A stretch of DNA of 64,000 bases from Eledone cirrhosa. Lineage: Eukaryota. This document shows positions 12,777 to 25,580 of the stretch, piece by piece. Numbering within the stretch: position 1 is the first letter of the stretch; every line of letters starts with the position of its first letter. A program made the position numbers and the translations under genes. Below the pieces are notes generated by a model. The model was not told where the DNA came from, made no database searches, and saw nothing but the letters and a program-made list of their open reading frames with translations. The stretch lies in contig OZ024742.1 in NCBI GenBank assembly GCA_964016885.1, forward strand, positions 126,294,001 through 126,358,000, read 5' to 3'.

Positions 12777-14838
12777 TATAACAAAATACTGGTGTGTATG
12801 AATATAACAAAAGTCTCAGTTGTGTATATAACGTTTAATTAACAATTTGCCATTATGTAGAATAGTATAGTTGACAAGTCAATGAAAGTAGATGAAAGAA
12901 TGAAGTAAAGTTATTTGTTACCGTTTTGAAGTTATCTCGCAAGAGACCATGTTAGGGTTGCCAGTCGAACGCGCCTGGCCGAAGGGCCAGGCAGGTTAGA
13001 AGGCCAGGAGCCGAAAGGCAAATGAGAGGTAGAGATCGCTCTGAGTATCCCTTTTATAGTCTCAAGATGGAAGTGACAAAAAGGGTTCTGCCACCCCAAC
13101 GGGAAGTAACTCCAGCTACTTCCTGTCTAGAGAGCGTTAATCTATTGGTGATACGAGTGTCACAACAAGGGAGGCAACTCTTGCTACATTATCCCCTGCC
13201 AGATTTTTAAAACATAAAAATCGAATGAAACATGTATGGAGTAAGATGGCGAGCATGTAACAGGCATGAAAATTACGAAAAAAATAATGTTTGTAATAAA
13301 AGGAAAACAGCAAAATATATGCATGCAAAAATCAATAATAGATATCAAGGTAGCCAACCGCTCTTGGCCAGAGAACTATCTATCCATCACTCAAAGATAC
13401 AATGTAATCAAAGTAAAAGAAGAGGTCAAAGTTCAAATGTTCAAAATACAGTTCACATGTGTGCAATCACATGACAGCAGGAAAGAAAGTGTGTTCCAGA
13501 GAATGAATGCAGGTGGTTTCTGGTCTGTGGTATAACGTGAAATTGCCAACCTCCGAAGGGATTTTCTCACAGGAAGAGTGCTGCAAAAATAAATTCTCTG
13601 GCTTGTTCTGCTGGTTTTAGTTGTTGATGAGGCTGTGTTGTTGTTGTCTCGCGGAGTGAGCGTATTCGATGTTTAAATTCACAGTAAAAATTTTCCCAGA
13701 AAAAACGAGTTGCGCAAAGTGCTAGAAATAACAGCCACAGTTGATGGTCGATGTTGAGAATGTGTTGACCTGGAAGGGTCAAGAGGCCAGCGACCAAAAA
13801 AATAAGCATTCTGAATAAATGCGCAGTTTTCAACGGCAAATTTACGAGGTAAATTTTTAAACCGGCAAATATGAGAATATAGCTTAAGGCTGGAGAATCC
13901 TTGGCAAGAAACATTATCTATGGCGTGTGTTATCTCAGTGAGTCAAGATGTGTGCTCCCCACACGTGCCGAAACAAGGTTAAAGTCAAGTTGAAAAAAAA
14001 ATATTTCTATTGCGCGAGAAAATGGCGCGAAAATGATAGTGCAACAGGTCGTTGGCAGCCATTTTGAAAAATGTGTGTGTGAACGTGACAATATGATGAA
14101 AAAGAAAGAAAGGCTTCACTTAGTATAACAAATATGGCGAGTTCAATTTTTTTGTGAATGATGAAAAAAAAAAAACTTGGAAAGAATAAGCAATAGTTGA
14201 GATTCAGCAAAAATAAATGTTCATGTTGAAAAAGAGTCTGTCTGAACAGAATTTCACATGTGCGTGTGTTCGTTTCTGTGTCTGCGAATTTTTCCTAGTT
14301 TGTTAATAAAGTTTGCTGCGTATTCGAAATGTTGGTCGAAAAATTCCAACGAAAATGGGGTACTGCTAATTAATTTTCTTTTTTCCACACTCACACAACA
14401 CCAGATTCTGTTCGGGGTCACCACTTATATTCATACAATCCAGTAATTTGTTATAACAAAAGTCTCAGTTGTGTATATAATGTTTAATTAACAATTTGCA
14501 GTTATGTAGAATAGTATAGTTGACAAGTCAATGAAAGTAGATGAAAGAATGAAGTAAAGTTATTTGTTACCGTTTTGAAGTTAGCTCGCAAGAGACCATG
14601 TTAGGGTTGCCAGTGGACGCGCCTGGCCGAAGGGCCAGGCAGGTTAGAAGGCCAGGAGCCGAAAGGCAAATGAGAGGTAGAGATCGCTCTGAGTATTCCT
14701 TTTATAGGGTCTCAAGACGGAAGTGACAAATAGGGTTCTACCACCCCAACGGGAAGTAACTCCAGCTACTTCCTGTCTAAAGAGCGTTAATCTATTGGTG
14801 ATGCAAGTGTCACAACAAGGGAGGCAACTCTTGCTACA
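12777..14838 (-). mobile_element. Non-autonomous LTR retroelement (~412-bp LTRs, no recognisable coding region)
   Basis: LTRs 12777-13188 and 14426-14838. 4-bp TSD CATC (12773-12776, 14839-14842). Minus-strand PBS TGGTGACCCCGA (14423-14412) is complementary to the tRNA-Trp 3' end. Purine tract GGCAGGGGA lies next to the left LTR. Confidence 0.9.
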
Positions 14839-15049
14839 CATCTTTTATATTTTAAATGGAAGGTCAACTTTGCCTTTCATATTTTTGAGGTCGATAAAAA
14901 AGTTGCAGTCAAATACTGGGGTTGATTCCTTCACTATATCTCCTTCTCCCAAAGAACCACCAACCAAACCCCCAAACCAAGAAAGAGCTCCCCCTCTCCA
15001 ACAAGGAACCTCTGGAAAAGTAGGATATGTGACAATTATACCCTATTAC

Positions 15050-15485
15050 TGACACGGTAACAGCTGCGACTACAGGGAATCAAATTGATGGATGAAATTC
15101 TGAAATTGGCACAGCTAATTAAGAAGAGAATTAATTTAGATGAGATGTAGTTTGGGTTTGCGCCACATTGAAGATCCACATGTGCTCTCTTCTTAGTGAG
15201 ACAGCCACAAAAATTCTTAGGTAAGAGAAAACCACCAGACTTATCATTTGCTGATTTGGAGAAGTACTTTGACAAAGTACCATGCTCCATACTCTGGCAT
15301 AGATAATGGTTTGTGATAGTCATGGAAGTCATCTTCAGCATGGTGAGAGTTATCAAACAGTTAAGTAAGGAATTTAACATGTCAGTAGGTGTACATCTGG
15401 GCTGGTTCTCAACTTCCATTTCTTTATTTTAGTTTTCCAGGGCATAAAAGAGGAATATAAGACTGGCTGTCCCTGGGAATTTATG
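15050..15485 (+). mobile_element. Decayed RTE RT fragment
   Basis: Nucleotide similarity to the RT region of 60338-63244 (RINLDEM.FGF, DLEK.FDKVP, GCPWE). Confidence 0.7.
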
Positions 15486-16329
15486 GAATTAAATTTTCAG
15501 CTTACACCTATGCAGGTTTAGCTGACCTCGTATGAAGTTAATTTCATATGTAGTTTCTCAGGTGTTTTAATTATAGGGGGCCTAAGTTTTATAATGAAAA
15601 GTAACATGAATTGAAATGTCTTGCTTAAGAATATGTGCCACTTGGTCCAGGAATTGAACTCTTGACTTTATGAACATGAGTTCAACAGCCTAACTACTAG
15701 GCCACAATTCTCCACTCATGTGAATTCCTGTATGCCAATTGTCTAACTCTCATAGCCAAATCAGTAAAAAAAATTGGAAGAAAAGATTCACACATAGAAG
15801 CAAAACCTGTGGTTGGTGATAGGAATGGTATCCAAGCAAAGCAAACAAAGGTATAGCAACTTCCATAGTGATGGTGTCATAATTAAATGCATTCGGTAAA
15901 GCACAGTCAAGGTCTCCAGTCCACCTGACAGTCAGTAGCTTTGCTAAAGCACTGCCTTGATCTGTGAACACCCATCGAACCTTAGCTAGCAGTGTAAACA
16001 GATGTTAAATGATGATGATGATGACATCTAAGAAGTGGCCATACTGAATACGAAAAAGGGTATGAGTGTAAACAAGAAATTTATACTGTAGATTTGGAAA
16101 AGAGTGGTGGAGAAATATGTTAACAAAAGGGTCACAATCTATAACCTGTCGGATTAATACAGTATTGAATACTACTATTAGAAATACTACCTACATGCAG
16201 TCAGTAGATATCATATACAGAAAGAAGTCTTACTCCTCAACTGATTAATGCTACATAATGAAACAACAGAGATAAGCACCAGCTCTATGGATTCTTGTGA
16301 TTCACAAAAGGATTACCTAAGTTACTTAA

Positions 16330-16470
16330 CATATCATATCATAATATAATATAACATAATATACACATATATATGCATATATATACATATATACATATAT
16401 ATACATATATACACATATCTGTGTGTGTGCGTGTGCATATATATTTATAGTGGTGGTGGTTGTAATAATG

Positions 16471-16502
<32 letters not shown>

Positions 16503-16612
16503 GGTGATGGTGGTGGTGGTGGTGGTGGTGGTGGTGGTAGTAGTGATGGTAGAAGTGGTGTTAGTAGTAGTAGTGCTGGTAGCAGTAGTAGCTGTATTAT
16601 TATTATTATTAT

Positions 16613-16689
<77 letters not shown>

Positions 16690-16712
16690 ATAGTAGTAGT
16701 GGTGGTAGTTGC
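16330..16712. repeat. Compound microsatellite (TA/CA)n then (GGT)n(AGT)n
   Basis: Directly visible. Confidence 0.95.
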
Positions 16713-16936
16713 AAACAATGTATATTTCAATAAACTTATTTTTTTACTACCACCACTTGTGCCATTTTGACCTAAATTCATATATATATATATTTAATAC
16801 ATTAACAGAGAAAGCTTTAAGCGATACTCTGACCAACTCCATCTCACTCAACAAACATTAGGATATACCTAAGTATAATCCCAATTTAGTGTTTGGGGTG
16901 CTAACTATACAGTATTCTGTGGATAGCTGGTTGTAT

Positions 16937-16978
<42 letters not shown>

Positions 16979-17051
16979 CCAAAATTAAATTAAGGATGTC
17001 ATGTCTGAGAAACATGTGCCATAACACCTGTACACCTGTTTGATGTGTTTA

Positions 17052-17590
17052 TCTATATACATAAATGGCAATTTCTGTTTGTTTGTTTGTGAACCTAAAA
17101 CTCAAAAACTACCAAACTGATCTTGATGAAACTTGACACGTGTGTGGGGTTCATGCCCATTTGATTTCTTACATATATTTCATTTAAATCAAAGGGTTCC
17201 CCGGGGGTTCAAACCCCTGCTGAAAATCCCCGCTTAATTTTTTCCCTTCGATTTATATGATATTTAAACCATAGGTTTAAATTTCATATAAATTTATGAT
17301 TATGATGCCTATTCATAACATTTCAGCAAATTTCAATAATATTAAGACACCCTAATGGGGGTTCTATTTTTTTCCTTATAGCAACACTCAACTTCTCTGA
17401 CAAACATTTTTTCGCCTGACTAATGCAATCAACAATATTTGTTTGTATTATTGTTTTTCGTAAATGAATTTTACTTCGCTTTTCATTATGTCCTATATTT
17501 TGATTTCATTTTTGGTCTGAGAGGTATTGGGCATTTTAATGGGAACTAGAAATACCCCCGCTCCCGGGTATTACCGGGTACCTCAGCTAG
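17052..17590 (+). mobile_element. Non-autonomous Helitron
   Basis: A|TCTATATACATAAA 5' end, (GTTT)n tract, subterminal GC hairpin (CCCGGGTATTACCGGG), CTAG|T 3' end, inserted between A and T. Confidence 0.85.
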
Positions 17591-18099
17591 TTTTATATAT
17601 ATATGTCAATCGATATTTAATTTAATGCTAAATAAACCCTATTGTACCATGTTATTTTTCATTCTTTTACTATATATATATATCATCCTTATCATCATCA
17701 TCATCATCACTATTTAATGTCCATTTTTATATGCTAGCATGGGTTAGACAAGGTGTCCCATTGTGAGATATGCCAGGTCAGATGACCACGTCATGCTCAT
17801 ACAGAACTGATTTTAGCTTGGTTTCTGTGGCTGGATGCCTTTCCTAACACCAACCACATTTACAGTGTGTACTGGGTGCTTTTTGTCGTGACACCTACAT
17901 GATCACTTTATATTGTGGACTGGATGCTTTTTGTTGTGGTACTTACACAATTACTTTACAGTGTGGAAGGGAGGATGGAGGTGAATGTGGTGCATACTAG
18001 ATGTATGCTTCAGCCTGTGCTCATGGAAAGGTGGGTCTTCTGTATTACTGCATAACGCCAGAAATCTTATTCCTGTGACTTCATCTTTGAGAGGTGCAA

Positions 18100-18805
18100 T
18101 TGTGCAAAGTCAGCTTTTATCACCTACCCCCAAATCTTCCTGGGTCTTCCTACTCCATAGCTCCCATCAATTTTTAATGCTTTGCATCATTTTATAAAGC
18201 TGTCATCTTTCATATGCATCACATGTTCATACTAACACAATCTCCTCTCCTGCATACTGCATCTGATCCCTCTTATACCTAGTTTCTCTCTCAGTTCATT
18301 TATGCTTTGTCATTCATGTATATTACTATTACACATCCATTGAAGCATGCAAGCTTCATCTCTTTCCAATCTTCGTAGGTCTTCTGCACAGTGCCCAGGC
18401 CTTACTACCATGTAACATTGCTGTTCATATACACGCATCATACAATTTCCCCTTCATTTTGAGGGAAATACCTTTTGTAGCTAGCAGCGGTAGTAGCTCC
18501 CTGAACTTCTTCCATTCTGTTCTCACGTTGGCTACTGTACTTTCAGAACACTCATCTCCACTGTTAATTTAGTCACCCAGATAGCAGAAGCTGTCTACTA
18601 TTTCCACAGAACATTCCCAGAATTTGATCGCATTTGTTTTCTGTGGTTGTATGCTGCTTACTGCTCCCATACAAAAGCCACATTGGAAATCTACATTCTT
18701 AGCTAAACTACCTGAAATCTCACAACATATCTTGTGTGACCATAGTTTCCATTTGGGATTGAATATGGGATTTCTACCTATGCCTTTCCTACAAACTGAG
18801 CAAAA
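18100..18805 (-). mobile_element. Decayed RTE 3' coding fragment
   Basis: ORF 18569-18811 (CSVCRKGIGRN...HKIC...VDSFCYLGD) matches the RTE at 60724-61500. Confidence 0.8.
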
Positions 18806-19717
18806 TAACACTACGACTACATCACATAAACTATTACATTTTTACAACAATCTGTCCAAACATTTAGTACAAACCAAAACTATGACTATATTACATTAAA
18901 TATTAAAGTCTTTACTCTAATACTGTAAATGTTTACAACAATGTGTTCACTAATAAATATACTATAAAAATTTAATATGAAATGTCACTATGACTACATC
19001 ACATTAACTATTAATACTGCAAATTTTTACAACAAACTGTCCATCATTAAAGATACTATAAATATTTAATACGAAACAACACTGACTACATCACATTAAA
19101 TATTAAAGTCTTTACTGTAATACCAATCTTTCTCCTTCCAACCCCCTTTTCTTAACCTTCACACACTACTCTTACATCTACCTGTTTTCTCATTATCTGA
19201 ACTTTCCCGATGAAGGACTTCTGTCTGAAACATTGAACCTTCCTCCACTTCCTCCAAGTGTGAACCTAATATAATTGTGTGTCTTTGTATTCCTGTGTTT
19301 GTTTTGTTTCATTTATTAACTTTGTATATGTATACATATATATGTATGTATATCATCATCATCATCATTTCATTTTACGTCCGCCTTTTCCCTGCTTGCA
19401 AGGGTGGGATGGGAACTGATTCTGGCTTGATTTCTACAGCTGGATGCCCTTCCTAACACCAACCTCATTACAGTGAGTGCTGGGTGCTTTTTTGCCGTGG
19501 CACCTCCACGACCACTTTGCAGTGGAATGATAGGGACCCTAGTCCTATCATCTCATTTCTACAGCTGAGTAAACTGGAGCAATGTGAAATAAAGTGTCTT
19601 GCTCAAGGACACAACACATCACCCGGTCTGAGAATTGAACTCACAACCTTTCGATTGTAAGGCCAATGTTCTAACCACTAAGCCACGTGCCTCCATTATA
19701 TGTATGAATATATGTAT

Positions 19718-20267
19718 GGCTTAGCTCTGTCCAGCTCAGCTTGGCTTAACTTAACTTTGTTCAGCTCGACTTGGTTTGGCTCAACTTAGCTCTGTCCAGC
19801 TCAGCTTGACTTGGCTTAGCTTAGCTCTGTCCAGCATACTCGTCTCAGATCTGGGATCCGGTATTTGATCAGATCTCTGGTATTAGATCAGGGATCTGAT
19901 ATCAGATTAGTGATACAGTATCGGATTGGAGGATCCAGTATCAGATCAAGGTTCCAGTATCAGATCGGGGATCCAGTATCAGATTGAGAGTCTGGCATCA
20001 GATCAGGGATCGGGTATTGAATCGGGGTTGGGTATCGGATTAGGGGTCTGGCATCGGGTATCAGATCGTGGATCCGGTATCTCATTGGTAATCCAGTATC
20101 AGATCATGGATTCAGTACTGGATAGGGGATCCAGTATCGGATCAGAAATCTGGTATCAGATTGATAATTCGATATCAGATCGCTGATCAGGTATTAGACC
20201 AGGGAATCCGGTATCGGATCAGGGGATCTGGGATCGGATTGGATCAGATGAACACAGCTCTGTCTAG

Positions 20268-20317
<50 letters not shown>
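19718..20317. repeat. Pentamer (CTYRG)n, then degenerate hexamer (GGATCR/GTATCR)n array, then (GA)n
   Basis: Periodicity directly visible. Confidence 0.85.
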
Positions 20318-20320
<3 letters not shown>

Positions 20321-21339
20321 CACACCTTGCACCAAGTGGGTTTTGGCTTGTGTGCTCAGCAAGCCTTTTCAAGGGTACAGGAATTTTTGTTGGGTGTGTA
20401 AAACTAGCTGACATGACAATCCTGTGGTCAAAATGGTGGTAAAATGGGATGAGAGAGAAGATGGGGGAGGAATGAGGAAAAGGTGGGGGGGGGGCAAAGA
20501 ATGGTAACTGTATCTAAACAGCCTATGGGTCAGGGGAAGGATATGTGGGGGGGGGGGTATGAGGGGGTAGTAGGTATGGGTGGAGTATGAGGAAAAGAGG
20601 TGTAATGGTCATAGGAATAGAGGTTGGAGGAGGTGAGGGTACAACTTTAGACAGGATGTAGAAGTTAAAGGAATATTTCTAAGAAAATATAAAATGGGTT
20701 ATATAGAAGTAAATTAGTAAATAGGGAAATGAATCAGTAAGTAAACTGGTGAATAGGAATAGGATAAAATAAAATAAAGTAAAGTAAAATTTATAGGGTT
20801 TAAAAATAGATAATTGAGAAATATAGGAGAATAACTTATGGTAAAGTGTGTATATTATGTATCGGTAGAGAGTCGGACAAAATGCTTTGCAGTATTTAGT
20901 TATGGCCCTTTACATTCTGAGTTTAAATCCCACCGAAGCTCACTTTACCTTTCATCCTTACAGGGCCGATAAAATAAAGTACCAGTAATGTACTGGGGTC
21001 AATTTAATTGACTTTACCCTTCTCTAAAATTGCTGGTCTTGTCACTTAACCAGAAATCATTATGTATGCATACTACATGAACACAAGCACACACAAGTAT
21101 AAGGAGTTTTAAAAGTATTTATCTTTCATCAGGGTTCAGTTCTCAGACCTCTGTTGCTCATGATAGTTCTTCAAGAATCAAACATAAGTTTAAGTCTAGT
21201 TGTGTATGTGAACTTCTCTATGCAGCTGATTTGGTCCTTATAGTTGAATCCATAAAAGAACTAGAGTACAAGTTCTGACAACTGAAACAGAATTTGGAAT
21301 CAAAATGTAAAACCTAAAGTGCTAGTATATGTATGCGCG

Positions 21340-21404
<65 letters not shown>

Positions 21405-21775
21405 TTCAGAGTGTACTGAGTGCTTTTATCATGTCACTAGCACTTTACAAAATGTACTGGGTGTACTTTATCATAGCACTAACACTTTACACAGAGTATT
21501 AGATGTATTTTGTTGTGACACTAAGATTAGTGACGTTATAAATGTACTCAGCACAACTGAAAAGTCATCTTCACTCTATCTTATCTTCATTTGATTATCA
21601 GCTACTTTACAGTGTATACTGGGTGTATTTTATCATGGCACCAACAATAGAGAGGTTGTCAAGCCCTCAACAGTTAATACAGAAATATATGTGTTACCAC
21701 AGCCACCATGTAAGTTGACCAACTGCAAGATTAAAGAATTGGTCTGTCACTCGTGTTGAGAAAATTTCCCATTAA

Positions 21776-21829
<54 letters not shown>

Positions 21830-21919
21830 ACCAAAGATTAATATGATTCATTGATTACTCAATTAATATAATTTTACAATAGATTAAAAGCACTCTACAG
21901 TGTTTTCTGGAGTTATTAT

Positions 21920-22248
21920 TATTCAGAATAATAATAAATGAAGACATTCACATAATTAAAATATATGTTTTATTATATATATTTCGAAGGTACTGTGCTG
22001 TTTTTTCAGTATGTCCTCGTCAGATAAAATACATGAATTGATGTATGACATACCTCAACTGTCTTGATAGTTCAATTCCAGTATTGGCAATACTGGAATT
22101 GAACTATCAAGACAGTTGAGGTATGTCATACATCAATTCATGTATTTTATCTGACGAGGACATACTGAAAAAACAGCACAGTACCTTCGAAATATATATA
22201 ATAAAACATATATTTTAATTATGTGAATGTCTTCATTTATTATTATTC

Positions 22249-22254
<6 letters not shown>
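21920..22254. repeat. Palindrome with 167-bp arms and 1-nt spacer (centre 22087), between (TA)n tracts
   Basis: Arms read as reverse complements by eye (...TTCCAGTATTG G CAATACTGGAA...). Confidence 0.93.
22145..22206 (+). ncRNA. Minimal type-I hammerhead ribozyme motif (mirror copy on - strand at 21968-22029)
   Basis: ttttat-CTGACGA-[gga..tactg..cagta..ttc]-GAAA-tatata-TA-ataaaa. Intact core, 6-bp stem I, palindromic stem III. Confidence 0.75.
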
Positions 22255-22302
<48 letters not shown>

Positions 22303-22556
22303 AAGTATTTCCGTGGAATAGGTAAAGGAAAGAAGAATGCTCTATCTATAGTACAGAGTCATTTAATTATGTAATAAACAACGCAATATAATCATTACAT
22401 TACCCAGGGTTTCACAAAGTTATATGATTCTAAACAGAAAAGCCTGATATCGCTCATCAGAAGGAATCTTTATTTGGATATCCAAATAAAGAATATAATA
22501 ATGGAATAATAATATTGTGTTGTTTATTACATAATTAAATATATATATATATATAT

Positions 22557-25555
22557 ACATCATCATCATCTTCGTTTAACGTCCATCTTCCACACTAGCA
22601 TGGGTTAGACGGGAGTTGTCGCACTTGAGGCAAAGTTGGTCTGGTGACCGTGTCTCGCTCATATAGGACTATCTGGCAGGTTTTCTACGGCTGGATGCCT
22701 TTCCTAACACCAACCACATTTACAGTGTGGAACAGGGAACTTTTTACCGTGTTACCTACACGACCACATTACAGCGTGGACTGTGTGTTTTTTTTGTTGT
22801 GACACCTACATGATCTCGATCTCATTATCTCATTTATTTGGACTGGATGTTTGGTACCAGCTTTACAGAAAGAGGGTGGTGTTGGTGGGAGTGGAAGGAT
22901 AGGGTAGGTGTAGTGGATTGGGGTGTATATTTGGTTAAGAGGTGCCTACCGACTGTAGGTTTCGCTTCGTACATAGGCAAGGCGGGTCTTCTGTATTACT
23001 GCATAGCACCAAAGATCTCGGTCCAGTGACATTGTCTTAGAGAGGTGCAAGTGTGTAAAGTCGGAATTTATCAGATCGTGACACTTCCAGGCTATCTTCT
23101 TATCAGTATCAGTGAGGGCAAGTACACCGTTATCATTACGGACACACTTCTCCCCGACAATATCACTGTTTTCCTTGACACATTGTCTAGCAATCCTGAA
23201 CTCCTTACGTTTTTCGTCCTCACGTTGTAGAACATGCTTGAACTTTCTATCCTCTGCCTCCTTTTTTGCAAGGTACACTTGTCTCCTAGCTTCTCTCCTG
23301 GCCACTTGATAGTGCTCTCTACTTCCTTCATCCTGCCATACTTTCCAAGCTTGCTTTTTGGCCTTGATTGTCTCTTCCGCCTTACTGTTCCAGCACCAAG
23401 TTACTCTCATCCTGTCAATAGGTCTGCTCCAGCCACAGATTTCATCCGTTGCTTTCAGCAGGTTCACTTTCAAGAATTGCCACTGTTCCTCTATATCGCA
23501 CGTCTCTAATTGCTCTTCCTTAGTGTCAAAGGCATCAAGTAATAAGCTTTTAAATTTGTCACTGGCTATGGGGTCCTTCAACTTTCATATTCTTCTCCTC
23601 AAGGTAGGCCTCCTCTGTCGTCGAGTACGTTTATTCCTGACTATGAGGTCACTAATTACTAGGCTATGTTGGGAGGTGCATTCTTCACGGGGGAGGGATT
23701 TAGTGTTTACAACATAGACTTTGTCCCATCTTCTAGTAAGGATATAATCTATCTGGCTGGCGTGTTCCCCTGATCTATAGGTGATCAAGTGGTTTTCACG
23801 TTTTTTGAAGTTTGTGTTACAGATATTTAGGTTATTTGCGTCACAGAATTCCAGGACTCTGAAGCCCTCCTCATTTCTATTTCCAACCCCATAGCCTCCA
23901 TGGATTCCATCATAGCCATCACTATGTTGTCCAGCAATAATTAAGTAGTCACTGTCGGTTATTTGGGAGGTAGTGTGCATTAGCATCTCATAGAACCTGT
24001 CCTTTATAACGTCAGGTAGACCAGATTGGGGTGCATAAGCGGATATTATTGTCACAGTAGTTCTATTTAGAACTAGTTTTATTTTAATTATTCTGTCATT
24101 CACTCTATTTACGTCAATTACCTTATCTACCCATTTTTCAGCTAACATAATTCCTACACCACCCAGTCTATTGTCATCTTATCCGGCCCTCACAATTTGG
24201 ATTTATCCCCAACTCCAGCTGCTGTGATCAACTTATAGAGTTTCTTGAGGACATCACCTGGATCACTGATGGCGGCTCATGGGTGGATGTTGTTTACCTT
24301 GACTTTGCGAAGGCTTTCAATTCTGTGCCACACAAAAGGCTTATGGCAAAACTCTCTGCAATGGGTGTGAAGGATGATCTTTTTAACTGGTTGAAGTCCT
24401 TCATTCTGGTTGAAGTCCTTCATTCTCCAACAATGGATCTCAGACTGGCAACTCAAGCTAGCTGTGGACAAGTGCACCACCATGCATTTTGGGAGTAAAA
24501 ACCCAGCGTCCACATACTCCCTCCACAGCACTAATATCAAGAAGTCTTCCTGTGAACGTGACCTGGGCATTACGGTCAGCAGCGATTTGCGTTGGACGAG
24601 GCACGTCTCTAAAATTGTCAAGAGGGCCGAGGGTGTCTTAGCATCACTCAGCAAGACCTTTGTCAGCCGCTCTCCAGATATCTATTTAAGGCTGTATACA
24701 GCTATGGTGCGACCACACTTAGAATTTGCATCACCAATCTGGAACCCCTATCTTGCTCAGGATATTGACCGCCTGGAAACTGTTCAGAGACGTGCAACCA
24801 AGCGAATACTCTCCATCAGGCATCTACCATACTCTGAGCGCCTTGCTTCCCTGAGCATGGATTCATTGAAGCTCCAACGTCTGGCAATGGACTTGGTAAA
24901 CACCCACAAAATTGTTAACCATGTTGCCAACAACAACCTTGAGTACCTTTTTGATTTCCATGTGTCTAACACACGTGGACATGCCCACAAAGTCAGAAAA
25001 CAGCACAGCTCCCATGACTTTCGGAAACATTTTTTCACGCTGAGTTGCTGAAGCATGGAACAAACTACCTGCATCAGTTGTTAGCTGTCGAGACACTGCA
25101 TCCTTTAAGGCCTCCATGCTTCCCGAGATCCGCCAACACTACAGCTAACACATATACACATGTACTTCCCTGACATTTGTGTATTATTCTATGTACTATA
25201 TTGACGAGTTGTAGTGCACCTGAACACTTTACACAATAATTTCATTATTATTATTATTATTTCCCACCCAGAAAAGTTTATAGCATCGGTTTTTACCCAC
25301 AATGGATCTGGCAGACCCCGCCTCTCCACCTAGTCTCTTGAATACAACAAGCATCAACTTCTTTACGTTCAAGCATCTCTACAACCTCATTTGAGCGACC
25401 TTTCAATGTGCCTACGTTCATGGTACCAACTCTGAAGTTCGGAGGGTGGGATGGATGTGTTGGAGGGGCAGGGAGGGGTGTGGGAGACGGAATTATGTTT
25501 GTCATCCGTGTCTGAAATAAAGAGGGGTCCTTGTATTCTCGTCCTGCAGCGGGAG
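22557..25555 (-). mobile_element. Internally deleted RTE LINE (5' end and APE endonuclease joined to the 3' end, RT absent), split by a CR1 insertion
   Basis: ORF 25293-25505 (RVGTMNVGTL..CCIQETRW), 23585-24148 (ISAYAPQ, SQIDYIL, SQHSLV) and 22946-23581 (AWKCHD joined directly to LINSDFTHL). (GAT)n tail near 22560. Confidence 0.88.
24189..25261 (+). mobile_element. 5'-truncated, internally deleted CR1-clade LINE
   Basis: VDVVYLDFAKAFNSVPH, KCTTMHFG, ERDLGI, VRPHLEFASPIWNP, VQRRATK, TRGH. (ATT)n tail at 25244-25261. Confidence 0.9.
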
Positions 25556-25580
25556 ATATATATATATATATATATATATG

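Noticed and set aside
13567-14210. ORFs inside the non-autonomous LTR element as gag/env
   Set aside because: Short, with no recognisable motifs.
16326-16781. Poly-T/V/S/L ORFs
   Set aside because: Microsatellite artefacts.
19926-20442. Repetitive ORFs in the hexamer array
   Set aside because: Open frames follow from the 6-nt periodicity. No splice or domain evidence.
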